This document shows, in pieces, positions 1-13,183 of a DNA stretch of 64,000 bases. A program made the position numbers and the translations under genes. The notes beneath the pieces were generated by a model that was given only the letters and a program-made list of their open reading frames with translations, did no database searches and was not told the DNA's origin. How positions within the stretch are numbered: position 1 is the stretch's first letter; every line of letters starts with the position of its first letter. The stretch covers positions 10,478,001-10,542,000 of the forward strand of contig OX597820.1 of assembly GCA_951406725.2 (NCBI GenBank), given 5' to 3'. Source of the DNA: Octopus vulgaris. Lineage: Eukaryota.

Positions 1-967
1 TTGTAACGAGGATTTTACTTCTTAGCTGCATGCTTATTATAGTGTTACTCATATGGTCTCTGTAACAGTAATCGTTTAGAAAATACTTACTTGGTAATTA
101 GGTAAAAGTAGCTACTAAACTAAATTTATGTCTGCTGATAAGATGATTAAGAATCACATAAAAATATTGGATTAATTTAATTCGCTTCACTTAGAGACGA
201 CGGAAATATTTATATAAATATAATGTTTACAACCGTTGATTCAGAAATCACTCGAAACACGATGTACTTCGACAGTGTTAAGACATAATCTTATTAGTTA
301 GTTGTCATCACATTGCGACGAGAGTTGCAATTTCTGTGACAATAGCCAGTTGAGCATAGTAAGACTGTGTCATGATCTTGTCAATTATGGACAGACAGAG
401 CAACCAAATTTAAATTTCTCTGCAAAAATTTTGTCATATTTCGTGCTATAAATTGCCAGATAAAACGTTATAGAGTTAAAAGCAGTGGCATATTGCCATC
501 GACGTAAAATTATAACTTCCAAATATAGTGAGTAAAACTGCAGAATAACACTTTGAAATAAAAGAACATTGATTGGTGAGCTTCCAGATTTAAAATTGCT
601 GTGAGAAGTGGAATATAGGCCGAAGTCATTTCCTTTCACTTACTTCAGTAACATACTTGTAAAATGCATGAATAATACTAATCAATTCCTTATGAATTTT
701 GACCTCAAGTCAAAAGGAAAAAAAAAAAAAATCGATATAAAGAAATCGATCGAAAGCGGTTGAAGGGTAGGGACGTTATCAAAATCTGTTTCCCGGTTTC
801 TTTTCTCATACAATTAATATATTCATGAAAAGTGAACATCGATCACTTCATTTGTAAATGTAGGACATTGTGATATTGGGCCAAGGTGGACAAAGAATAT
901 CAAAATAATGAAAGTGAGAATAAGACAAGGTCATGAATGAATCAAATCCTTGACCCGATTTAGCATG

Positions 968-1378
968 AGGTGCAGGAGTGGCTGTGTGGTAAGTAGCTTG
1001 CTAACCAACCACACGGTTCCAGGTTCAGTCCCATTGTATGGCATCTTGGGCTAGTGTCTTCTAGTTTAGGGTCGGGCCAACCAAAGCCTTGTGATTGGAT
1101 TTGGTAGAGGGAAACTGAAAGAAGCCCATCATATATATTTATGTATATATATATGTGTGTATGTGTGTGTATGTTTGTGTATGCGTGTGTCCAAACATCG
1201 CTTGACATCGATGGTGTTGTGTTTACGTCCCCGTAACTTAGCGGTGCGGCAAAAAGTGCCCGATAGTATAAGTACTGGGCTTACGAAGAATAAGTCCTGG
1301 GGTCGATTTACTCGACTAAAGGCGGTGCTCCAGCATGGCCGCAGTCAAAATGACTGAAATGAATAAAAGAATAAAAGA
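968..1378 (+). mobile_element. SINE family A (tRNA-like head, internal (TA)/(TG) microsatellite, GTAAAAGA-type tail)
   Basis: Head GCAGGAGTGGCTGTGTGGTAAG...GGTTCAGTCCC and tail CATGGCCGCAGTCAAA.TGACTGAAA; about 16 copies in the window. Confidence 0.85.
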
Positions 1379-1380
1379 AC

Positions 1381-1452
<72 letters not shown>

Positions 1453-4400
1453 TAAATCTTTTATTATTAGTGAATGTCCTCATATTATTTAAAAACCATC
1501 AACAATTATCTTTTTGCAGGTCATTCACATATCGGTGATAGAGCAATGATTTTGCACGTGAACACGTCCGTATCACGTTTAAATCCTTCGTTTTTGAATT
1601 TCATACGATGTGTTACATAATTTGAAATATATGATAAAAACAAATAAATCAAAATCTGTCAAACGTATCATGAGACGTGGTTTCGAATGTTTATACCTTA
1701 ACATTAAAGAATGTGACAGACTTCTTTCAAGGGACATAATTAAGTTGTTCAAGGGACATAATAAAAGTGTGCCAAATATTTTTTATTCATTTCATTAGGT
1801 AATTGTCGTCCTGCAGTTGAAACGCTGCGATAAACTGGGAAAATGTGGCAAGCTTTGTTTTCTTTAATTATCTGTATATTCTTTGAGAGAAGGTTTCGTT
1901 GTGTAAGGCTGCCCTATATACTGAAGACGTTGTATCAACGACGGATTGAGAGTCTAGTTTCTCTAATAAGGTGGTCTCGATAATATTTAAATGCAGGTTT
2001 CAAATTTTGGCCCAAGGCCAGGATAAGTTTATTATATCGACCCCAGTGTTCAATTGGTATTTATTTTATTACTTTAATTCATGTCTCGATACAACCGCAG
2101 TCCAATCGGAACGAAGTCTCAATTTTCGTTATGAAACGACCAATGTCTATTCATATTTTATTAAACGTTATATTTTATGAAAAGAGGGAAAACATTTGGT
2201 GATCTTGATAGTAATATGTTGCCATCCAGTGTCTCTAGAAGAATGACTTGTAAGTATTCTTGTTTTATTTTGTATTTTATTGTTTTTAATTATGTACAAA
2301 CATTAAGGTATTTGAGATAAAACATTTAGAGAATCTAAAAGTATGTTGTTAAAGTCGAAACCGGTAGGGAAAGTTATTTACTTTATTTTTCTTTATATTT
2401 TGTATTTTCAATTAGTGCAAATACTCATTCAATGATGCTATATTTCGCAATGAGGCAAATCTTTTAATGTATTTTCAATATCGTATTATACATACAAACA
2501 TACACACACATATGTACTCTCTGCCCTTTCTCCTTTTAACTTTAGAGTAAATTTTGACTGGTTACCTACTTGGTAGCAAGGTTGTAAAGCGAAGTATCTT
2601 GTTTTAAATATCATGTATGTATATGTGTGCGACATACTTATATACAGTTTCTGTCAGTGTAATATTTTTCAATGTTGAACTCATTGCATACAGTGAAATA
2701 GAGCTCCGAACTACGTTCTGGCGAAAGAAACTTATTAACCCCGCAAATATATACAAAGAATAAACATTATTATTTATTCATTTGAGTAGTTATATAATTT
2801 TATCACATAAATACTTTTAAGTGGTAGTGTCGATAGATATTTTAAGTGATTTATCTGAAAAGATAACATAAGAAAGCGAAAATGAAATCTTAGAATATAA
2901 ATTAATTAACCTTTTGTTAACCTCAGTTCAAATGAGAAACGGTTGTGGAACGTCATTAAAAATATACTCCATGAATATGTGGTATATCATTCACTTCGTA
3001 GACAAAAATTCAGGCTCAACAGGGGATATTATTCAAATTAGAGCCTTGTACTTTCATCAATTAATCCAAGTATACAACCTATAGTGAAATAAAACGGTTC
3101 GGCGAGTGAGTTCGTCACTGGGTCTCCTAAAGAGAGCTGCCAAATCTACCTGAAACACAACATCTGCTATTTTAAATACAAAAAGGCCAAGCTGAATAAT
3201 GTAGTCCAAGGCAACGCAACAAAAAAAACGACTCAAATTTGGAACATATTTGAATATATACACGATAATGGGTTTTTTATCACATTCATAAGCTCGAGCC
3301 AAATTGAAAATATTTAAGTTATACGAAATGTGATAGACATAGCAGTAATATCACCCTCATATCAAGCTCTTCAGTTTTTAATAAACCGAAATACACTGGA
3401 TAAACCATTTACCCGTTGATTACATAAGTCCACTTGATCAGAGCTAATCCGAGAATAAACAACGCCCTCAACGGTCGTTTGAAAATCATATCAATACTCA
3501 TTAGTAACGTGGGTGTATAGGGGCAGACGACAGAGAAATACAATGATTTTCTGTATTTAGTTTGGTCAGCTAAATTTGGGTTTTAAAAACCAGCAGATTA
3601 CCCTTCCGGATATCTCGAGATTGTACTGCTTTGGCGCTGATAAAGCCATTGGATCACTTATTTCCCAATTAAATGCAATGTGTTATTTTCTTTCATCCTG
3701 ATTGCGAGGAAGAATATTGATTGCTATAAAAGTTTTGTGACATTTAATGACGAGTGTAAGACTTTATACTACAACCAGTTTGGTGCTGCCTTTTTGGCTT
3801 CGCTGATTCAGTGCTGACTTATTTGACATCAGACATTTTAATGCTCCTCTCGCCAATTTCGTCTCTATGTCTTTCTCTGTTACTATATTTATCTATTTGT
3901 GGTAATTTCTACGCGTATATATGTGTATCAGCTTCCAATGTCACAAAATACTGTCACCAAGTATACCGAATGTCCATTCATTCGTGTCAAATGCTTAGGG
4001 TCGAAACATTCGCGCCAAATCACTTTATGTCCTTTAATTACTTCGCTTAACATTTTCAGTCCAAATCCCACCATCTCTGTCTTTAAAGGAGGAGGTTGTG
4101 TATTTGTCGATGATCTGTTTCCTCCAATAATATTTCTATCGGAAGCTTCCAAAATAGGTTTTTAAAAATGCAATAGATTTGTAATTCTCAGCAACAAATC
4201 CTTTAATGGAGGGCTTCAAACTATGAGTGGTTTACTTTTAAACATCCAGCTCCGTACCTCCTATTCTGAAATGAATGTATTGGGGTAATTACGGATAATC
4301 TTAAACTTATTCATTGCATTTAGGCCTCTGGCGAATTCTCAGCTTGATAAGGCCGGAGCTTAAGTGAATTTCCATGGCTTATAAGTGACTGAGATTACGA

Positions 4401-5561
4401 CACTCTCAGCTGAATAGGATACCAGTTCATTGCAGGGTTAACTGCCCGGTTGTATTCATATACAGCTGAGTGAAATGAAGTTTTTTGCTCGAGAACACAA
4501 TGTATCACCCACTACAGGAATCGAAACCAGGGTCTTATGATCGTGATTGCAACACCCGGACCACTAGACAACACGACGTAACTACGTGTCCATTGATTCA
4601 AAATACTTATAGCAGTATCTCTGGGTAACATCTGGGCCCCAAACCCTTCAATTTAGTAATCTTTTAAGATGCATAGTGACATTTTCCTGACTGACAGTAA
4701 TAGCATTTTGTTTCGGATTAAGTGAAACCGCCTTTGGATATAATCAATCCACTCTGTTCCAGATTATCGTTTACAGATATTCTCCTCACGTCCCTCCTCA
4801 AGACCGTGCGTTTTATGCGTAAAAGTTTGTAAAAATTCAGCTGTGTTGGAATTGTAACTTCCTAGGAGTATAACGTTTCAGTTTTATATTCTATGCATCT
4901 ATTCGTTGCTTCAAATGTTCCACATCGATATGGAAATCTAGATTTCTAAACCAGTGCATTCTGCCCATCCATTAAGGATAGTCATCGCCCTGAACTTCTA
5001 CTTAGCACGTAATTGATATGAAATAACGTATCTATTTTTACAGACCTAACCAAGGGAAATTCGGGCTTCCATACAATGTATGTATAAAGAGAAAATGCAT
5101 GTATACTTTGTGATGAATGCTCGCTGTAACCACAATGTTCTGGTTATCTTATGAGTTAGTTTTTGTTATTTTCATTGATTTGAGAATATACAATTGTTTT
5201 GTAGGATGTATGGATGCATATTAATGCAAACATATAAACTTAATTCCATTCCAAACTGAAATTACTAATAGAGAAAGAAAGGTGTCGTAATCTTATGGCT
5301 ACCAAGTGTTTAAATAAATATATTGGTTTCGAATTTTAGTGCAAGCACAGCAATATTTGGGGAAGAAGTAAGTCAATTAGATAGAGCCTAATATCCAATT
5401 GATTCTTATGTTATCATCCCCGAAGGGATGAGAGACAAAGTCGACCTCGGTGGTATTTGAATTCAGAATCAAAACACAGACGAAATGTCGCTAAGCATTT
5501 AGCCTGGCTGCCAGCTTTGTTGAATAGATATATTCATCTCTCACACCGCCTGAAGCTTTTA

Positions 5562-5684
5562 TGATATATATATATATATATATACATACGTATGCATACA
5601 TACAAACACACACACACACACACACTCACACACACTCGCACACACACACATATATACATATATAAATGTATATGTATATATATC

Positions 5685-5738
<54 letters not shown>

Positions 5739-5948
5739 CATATATATGTATGTATATATATACATATATATATATATGTTTACACATACATATATATATA
5801 TGTGTATATATATACATATATATATGTATACACATACATATATTTATATATATATATATGTGTGTATATATATATATGTATACACATTCATATATATATA
5901 TGTATGTATACACATACATATATATATGTATGTATACACATACATATA

Positions 5949-5991
<43 letters not shown>

Positions 5992-6082
5992 GTATATATA
6001 TTTACATATGTATATATACGTTTGTTTGTGTGTGTATACATGTATATATTTATTTGCGGATATATGTATATATTTACACACA

Positions 6083-6124
<42 letters not shown>

Positions 6125-6312
6125 AAGAGAGAGAGATAGATATACATACAGAGATACACACACACACAGACACATATATGTGTGTATATAAATACTTGTG
6201 CGTGTGTGTGTTTGCCTGTATATGTGTGTTTGCCTGTATGTGTGTGCGTGTGTATGTGTGTGCGTGTGTATGTCTGTGCGTGTGTATGTGTGTGCGTGTG
6301 TATGCGTGTATT
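5562..6312. repeat. Compound (TA)n/(CA)n/(TG)n microsatellite field
   Basis: Direct reading. Similar fields occur at 15807-16440, 26165-26455, 32820-33230, 33993-34325, 43790-44110, 47052-47562 and 56703-57100. Confidence 0.95.
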
Positions 6313-6912
6313 ATGAGTATACTAAAACAGGATGCGTAAATCGTAAATCTAATATTGAAACGCAGCGCCTAAAGGTGAAAAGTAAGGTGAAACATCAAAT
6401 TACTTTTCTGAACAGTTGAGATGTCCTGAAATTTTAATTTTCACTTTCCATTTTATTTACTTATTGATTCACTAAGATATTCGTTGCAGTTCTAATCTGA
6501 TTATTTCGCTGAAGGTACCACAAAAACAAATAGATACCAAAAATAAGATTAAAATAAAAAAAAGATTAGAGTATATTTGTTGAATTTAATTTCCATTGAT
6601 GGTCTTAGGAGGTAAATTATGTATGTCTGTGCGCTGTGTTCTGCAGAGAAATGACAGCAGAATAGAGGATTAAAGAGTAGAAATAAATCCGTTTTATAGG
6701 AGACTGTGCTGAATATTGATGCCCCATCGAATAGCACCAACACAATGTTTTTAGTGGAAGCGAATAAATACCCAGGTAGGAGGGATATATATATATATAA
6801 ACATACGCATACACACACAACCACACATACACACGCACACGAACACAGACGCATGCACACATACGCGCGCGAACATACACACGTGAACAGGCGCGCGTGC
6901 ACACGCACATCA

Positions 6913-7084
6913 GACTGTAGCCATGCTGGAGCATGTCCTAAAAGGAATTTAGCCGAACGAATCGACTGCAGTACTATTATTTCTTAAGTCTAGTACTTTT
7001 TTATTGCTCCCTTTTGCCGAACCGCTAATTGACGGGGAAGTAAGCCCACCAACACCGGTTGTCAAGCTGTGAGTGGTTTACAAA

Positions 7085-7129
<45 letters not shown>

Positions 7130-7280
7130 GTGTGTTTGTGTGTGTGTGTATGTAAACACGATGAGCTTCTTTAAGTTTCCGTTTATCAAAACCACTCATA
7201 AGCCTATTAGTCGATCCGAGGCTATAGTAGAAGATACTTGCCGACGGTGTCACGCCACCTAGTGGGACCGAACCCGGAAT
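6913..7280 (-). mobile_element. SINE family A, diverged
   Basis: Reverse-complement match to family A. Confidence 0.75.
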
Positions 7281-7945
7281 CAACCCTTTATCTATTATAC
7301 TGAATGCCAAATCATCGTTGAAATAGAAATCGTCTGCTGTAGTTGTCTATGATTACATGCATTGTGATAACCTGTATTATGGATGTGACACGTGTCGAAA
7401 CAGAATATACAACGTAGAAGGACAAAAAGCGACCCATTAGCTGTTATCGTAATGTAGCGTGAAGTCTCAGCAAGTCTCATGCTTAGACGGGTTTGTCGAC
7501 TCCGACATATCAGTAGATATGGCTGTGATTCGTATTCGGTGTAGCATTTTGCCCTTCGCATTAATATTGGTTTCACATGTCGGCACAAGGCCTGCATTTC
7601 GAGGGTCATTTTAAGTCTATGGCATCAACCCCAGTGCCCAACTGGTACTTCCTTTATAAACTACTAAATGACGAAAGGAGAAATCATGTCCGGTGGCGTT
7701 TGAACTCAGAATCTAAAACGCACGAAATTCCGCGAAGTATACTTTTTCCTGGACGTGTTAACGCTTCTACCAGCTCACCGCCTTCTTTCGGACTAACATC
7801 GTTCAACCAGTTTTCAATGCTCTCTTGCCTGATCTTACTTAAACCATATCCTTCAAACAACACACTAATCATTCTTTTGCTATTCTTGCGTTCACACGAT
7901 TTATGAATTCCAACGATATCTTCGAATGAAAGAACATATATATTG

Positions 7946-8691
7946 TTCTCGCAAGTTCTTAGGTAGGTGTTAGAATCCTTATGTATGCTAACCAATTTTT
8001 CGTTTGATTTATAGTAAGGCTTAAATGTATTTTTACATTTTTCTAAAGCCCAAACTGATATCTATGAAATGACAACGGTAGCTTTAGTTTCTGCAGCCGT
8101 ACAGTGAGACTATTTCAACGGATTTCATTAAGTTCCTTCAAGACTATTCGCATAGTAATTTTCTATTTTATTTCGACATTTATTTATATTTCTTTCTATG
8201 CATTTCCTTGTATTTTACTTAACGTATTTCTTTACTTCTCCCATTATTAATCCCTTCTCTTTGTTCCGTGTATTGTTCTGAATATGTAAACACACACACA
8301 GACATGTCTATATATGAGTGTGTACCTTCATTCGTGTGTCTATGATTAGCAGTTTATTGTTCTTACCTAGGTTATGAGTTCGGATGATGGCACCCAATTT
8401 TCTCATCTCAGTTTAAGTTACATCTTACCAATTATGGAAATGAAACATTCTGTTCTTAAGAGGTGGGATTTAGAGAGAAGAAAGATTATTTACGTCAAAA
8501 AAATATAAGCTTAATGGAATCCATTGAAATAGTATCACCGTACGGCTGCAGAAACTAAACCTACCATTGTTATTTCTTAGTTTTGTGTTTTTTTTTTTAG
8601 TAAAAATACATTTAAGCCGTACTATAAATCAAATGAAAAATTGGTTAACATACATAAAGATTCTAACCACCTACCTAAGAACTTGCGAAAA
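7946..8691. mobile_element. Element with long (about 185 bp) imperfect terminal inverted repeats (MITE/foldback-like)
   Basis: 7946-8132 is the reverse complement of 8510-8691, with mismatches and one internal divergent patch. Confidence 0.7.
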
Positions 8692-8959
8692 ATGTTTTCC
8701 GATATTTGTACGCGCTTATCGATATTGTATGCAGGTGAAGCCATCTTTAGAAGTTTCTCTCAACAACGAAGCTCAAAGCTGAAGAGATATGCGTTATTTT
8801 GCTGAATAGATACTTGTCAGAAAATTATGTACCAAAACACTTGAATAGAGAACAATATTTTGCAGTAAAATAAATAAAAAAATAAAGAATATCTTAAACT
8901 AAGAATTTCTTACACTAGACACCACAATTCATTCAAAAGAAGTCAACTTCTCTTCTCAA

Positions 8960-9095
8960 GCGCGTCGTTTCTCTGTTGAGTCTAAAAGACTCATTCCTAG
9001 AAATCTTGCCCTTTGGAACTTATTACTATCGTCTTGTTTTCTTCTGGACTATGATATTCACTCCTTTAAGTGTCGCCTTTCCAACTTATACACAT
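8960..9095 (+). mobile_element. Possible LINE ORF2 C-terminal relic
   Basis: Conceptual IPRNLALWNLLLSSCF..DYDIHSFKCRL resembles the ends of CR1/Jockey-group LINE ORF2 (FPRT..LWNSLP..F....NLQSFK.RV). Confidence 0.35.
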
Positions 9096-9301
9096 GCCCT
9101 GACACAACCAGAAACACTTTAACGCACGTACACACGCACACGTATACATACAATCGGCATCTTTTAAATTTAAGGACTTCTTTTCTTTCTTTGTTGTCCC
9201 TTACAGTACAGGGGTTTCAAATGCTGTATGCGACAGAATCGAATAGAAAAGGAATATCCACAGCTTTAATATCATTAAATAGTTAATATCATTAAATAGT
9301 T

Positions 9302-9720
9302 AGGCGCAGGAGTGGCTGTGTGGTAAGTAGCTTGCTAACCAACCACATGGTTCCGGGTTCAGTCCCACTGCGTGGCATCTTAGGCAAGTGTCTTCTGCTA
9401 TAGCCCCGGGCTGACCAATGCCTTGTGAGTGGATTTGGTAGACGGAAACTGAAAGAAACCTGTCGTATATATGTATATATATATATGTATATATATGTTT
9501 GTGTGTGTGTTTGTGTGTCTGTGTTTGTCCCCCTAGCATTGCTTGACAACCGATGCTGGTGTGTTTATGTCCCCGTCACTTAGCGGTTCGGCAAAACAGA
9601 CCGATAGAATAAGTACTGGGCTTACAAAGAATAAGTCCCTGGGTCGATTTGCTCGACTAAAGGCGGTGCTCCAGCATGGCCGCAGTCAAATTACTGAAAC
9701 AAGTAAAAGAGTAAAGAGTA
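9302..9720 (+). mobile_element. SINE family A
   Basis: Full-length match to the other copies. Confidence 0.88.
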
Positions 9721-10039
9721 TAAAAAAAAACTTCACTTCTTTCTTCAGAAATCACAGAGCTCAATGGCTTCTTAACATTAACAATCAGAATGACAATCCT
9801 GCATTCGTTGCAACTGTGCTAATCCTGATAACTGCCTTCTTAAAATTTTGCTATACTTACATACGTCCCCCGTGGCTCCGTTCCCGGTATGAAGTGAGTT
9901 ATATCAAAAATAAATGTTTCGAAAGATTGAGCACATTTTATGTGAATATGGATGACAGGTTGTTTAAATACGTGTAGGCGTGCTTTTATCCTTTTGAATA
10001 TATGCGTATGTGTGTGAACATACATATATGCAAATGTGT

Positions 10040-10426
10040 GGAGGCGCAATGGCCCAGTGGTTAGGGCAGCGGACTCGCGGTCATAGGATCGCGGTTTCGA
10101 TTCCCAGGACGGGGGTTGTGAGTGTTTATTGAGCAAAAACACCTAAAAGCTCCACGAGGCTCCGGCAGGGGATGGTGGTGATCCCTGCTGCACTCTTTCA
10201 CCACGACTTTCTCTCACTCTTACTTCCTGTTTCTGCTGTACCTGTATTTCAAAGGGCCGGCCTTGTCACTCTCTGTGTCACGCTGAATATCCTCGAGAAC
10301 TACGTTAAGGGTGCACGTGTCTGTGGAGTGCTCAGCCACTTACACGTTAATTTCACGAGCAGGCTGTTCCGTTGATTCGGATCAACCGGAACCCTGGTCG
10401 TCGTAACCGACGGAGTGCTTCCATCC
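10040..10426 (+). mobile_element. SINE family B1 (tRNA-derived head)
   Basis: A-box TGGCCCAGTGG and B-box GTTTCGATTCC. 14-bp TSD ATATGCAAATGTGT at 10026-39 and 10427-40. Related copies lie at 12575-12922(+), 14957-15330(-), 25749-26128(-) and 48570-48818(+, partial). Confidence 0.85.
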
Positions 10427-10744
10427 ATATGCAAATGTGTACGAATATATACGTGTGTATATACGATTAAACTCATGTACCTATATGCGTGAATATGACT
10501 AACACTTTTTTGCATTCGTATGCATGTATATATATGTATGTTTACACACAGAGATTATGAGCTTAATCGGTGTCACCAAACGAATGTATGTATTTATCCA
10601 GGCACATCTCAATGAACGTGTGTATATTTGTGTGTGTTTGGATGTATACGTGTACATGTGTATGTGTATACGCGCGTTAAAAGTGTTTCTGGATGTCAGG
10701 CCATGTGCATAAGTTGGAAAGGCAACACATAAACACAATCACGC

Positions 10745-10791
<47 letters not shown>

Positions 10792-10818
10792 CACATACAC
10801 ACACATATATATATATAT

Positions 10819-11025
10819 ATATACTTTATTTGAAGCAGTTTTTGCTAGAATAGAACCGATATCGGTTCTATTCTAGCAAAAACTGTCCGATGAACGGCAA
10901 CGGGAAACTCAGAGTAACAGGTTTTGTTGAATTTTCTGCTGCTTTAAATAAAGCATATTACTCTACCACTGGTATTTGAGTACTCTTTTTCCCACCTTGT
11001 TTCACATTTATGTGTTTACTCCGGT
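10819..11025 (+). mobile_element. About 200-bp HHR-bearing mini-element with fold-back 5' end, in (TA)n
   Basis: Contains a perfect 50-bp palindrome (10836-10885). 10819-10838 is inverted relative to 10939-10958 (18/20). HHR at 10883-10920; TA repeats on both sides. Confidence 0.6.
10883..10920 (+). ncRNA. Minimal hammerhead ribozyme motif (variant core CCGATGA)
   Basis: Reads CTGT-CCGATGA-ACG GCAA CGG-GAAAC TCAGA GTA-ACAG. Stem I is CTGT/ACAG, stem III is ACTC/GAGT and the triplet is GTA. Deviations are U4->C and one stem II mismatch. Confidence 0.65.
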
Positions 11026-12112
11026 ATATATATATACGAACGACCATACGCATACACATTCATACTTAAATACATACATGTTTGTATGATTGTGGGCGCC
11101 TGTGTGCACGATGCTTTAATCCCTCCCTCTCTTTCTCCCTTCCTCCCTCTCTCTCTCTCCCTTCCCCACCCCTATCCGTCTCTCAAACTTTCTCTGGAAG
11201 TTTTGGGTTACATATTTTTTTCCCCTAAAAAAACTCCCTATATCTCTTTCCATTTTTTCCTAATTTTCCTATATATATTGTATCGATGATTTTTGCTTAT
11301 ATGTTCTCAACGCCAACAAATTTATTTCCTTGAAAGTTTTCTTGGGAAATTTTTCATAAAATCCTTCTTTCCGATATTTCCAATACTAATCTCCGATGTC
11401 CATTCATTATGAAGCCGAAACAGTTCAACCGCCCACAGCTTCTCGATTTATCATCTTGCACGTTCGCACACTCGTACAATACATGAGATGAAGCTAACCA
11501 TCAATCAAAGTCACCCAAAACATAAATTTATACTTCCTCTGCGTTCTCGAATTTTCTGAATTTTTCCAACAATTTATTTGTTTGAAAGATTCTTTCGTGA
11601 AACTCTTCATAGTAAAAATGTTCTCTCACTCTCTCTCTCTCATTCTCCCTCTCTCCACTCTCTCCCTTTATCTTTCTCTCTCCCTCTATGATAGTATACT
11701 GTATGTATAAATATATACATGTATACGTGTGTGTATGTGTGTGTGGGTGCGCGCGTAAGCATGCGTACATGTAAGCAACAATATATTTGTATACGCACAC
11801 ACGCACACACACACACATATATATATTTAAATGTGTACATGTGGTGGCACATGGCCTGGTGTTTAGAGCAGCGGACTCGCGGTCGAGGGATCGCAGGTTC
11901 GAAGCTCCACGCGGCTCCGGCAGAAGGTAATGGCGAACCTCTGCTGACTCTTTCGCCACAACTTTCTCTCACTCTTTCCTCCCGCATCTAGCAGCTCACC
12001 TGCGACGGACCGGGGTCCCGTCCAGGTGGGGAACCTATACATCAAGGAAACCGGGAAAACGGCCCTTATGAGCCAGGCGTGTCTCGAGAAGGAAAAGACA
12101 ACACAACAACAA

Positions 12113-12144
<32 letters not shown>

Positions 12145-12163
12145 CACAACAACAAATGTATAT

Positions 12164-12261
<98 letters not shown>

Positions 12262-12488
12262 TTGTTGTTGTGTTGTCTTTTCCTTCTCGAGCCACGCCTG
12301 GCCCATATATATATGTAAGGAAAATTTTAGAAATTTCTAAAATTATCCATATCCTTCGATTTAGCTAGCAATGAGCACTTCTTAATACAGTCCATATATT
12401 GTGAAGGATACTTAACAATATACTTTACAAGAAAATTTAACTATATATATGTTTATAAACATAAATACAAACATATATACATATATAT

Positions 12489-12551
<63 letters not shown>

Positions 12552-12930
12552 GTGTGTGTGTGTGTGAATGTGTGTGTGGAGGTACAATGGCCCAGTGGTC
12601 AGGACAGCGGACTCGCGGTCGTTGGATCGTGGTTTCGATTCCTAGACCACGCGTTTTGAGTGTTTATTGAGTTAAAACACCTAAAGTTCTACGAAGCGCC
12701 GACGAGGGTGGGATGAACCCTGGTGTACTCTTTCGCGACAACTTTATTTCACTCTTTCTTCCTGTTTCTGCTGTACCAGTATTTCAAAGGGCCAGCCTCG
12801 TCACACTCTGTGTCACGCTGAATCTCCCCCGAGATCTACGTTAAAGGTACACGTGTCTGTGGAGTGCACAGCCACTTGCATGTGAATTTCACAAGCAGGC
12901 TGTTCTGTTGATCGGATCAACTGTATGTAA

Positions 12931-12985
<55 letters not shown>

Positions 12986-13061
12986 CTATAAGTAAGGACA
13001 AAAGAAAAAGTTTCTAATGTCAAAAGATGCCGAAAATAGACACAACGTCAATAACCATGTA

Positions 13062-13183
13062 ATTTATTACTACAAGCACGCGTTTCGAAGAAAGCCGACA
13101 GAAATTTCTAAAAAATCCCGTTATCATATCGGACCCGATTTCAGAGTTAGTCCATAAGAACCTTCCCTTCATCAGTGATAAAT
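13062..13183 (-). ncRNA. Decayed hammerhead-like motif with very long stem II
   Basis: Minus strand reads ATTTATCA-CTGATGA-AGGGAAGG...CTTTCTTC-GAAACGCGTGCTTGTA-GTAATAAAT. The stem I register is off by one nucleotide. The island abuts (TA)n at 12932-12980. Confidence 0.4.

Noticed and set aside
1921-1956. CTGAAGA followed by the hairpin CGTTG-TAT-CAACG
   Set aside because: No GAAA follows stem II and there is no convincing stem I.
5559-6419. Long ORFs rich in YI/HT/VC (also near 15579-16496, 26165-26513, 32754-34412 and 56662-57196)
   Set aside because: These are translations of stop-free dinucleotide microsatellites, not proteins.
9292-9977. Recurring ORFs such as ...RLPNPLTRHWSARGYSRRHLPK...
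   Set aside because: They are conceptual translations of SINE family A, repeated wherever the SINE occurs.
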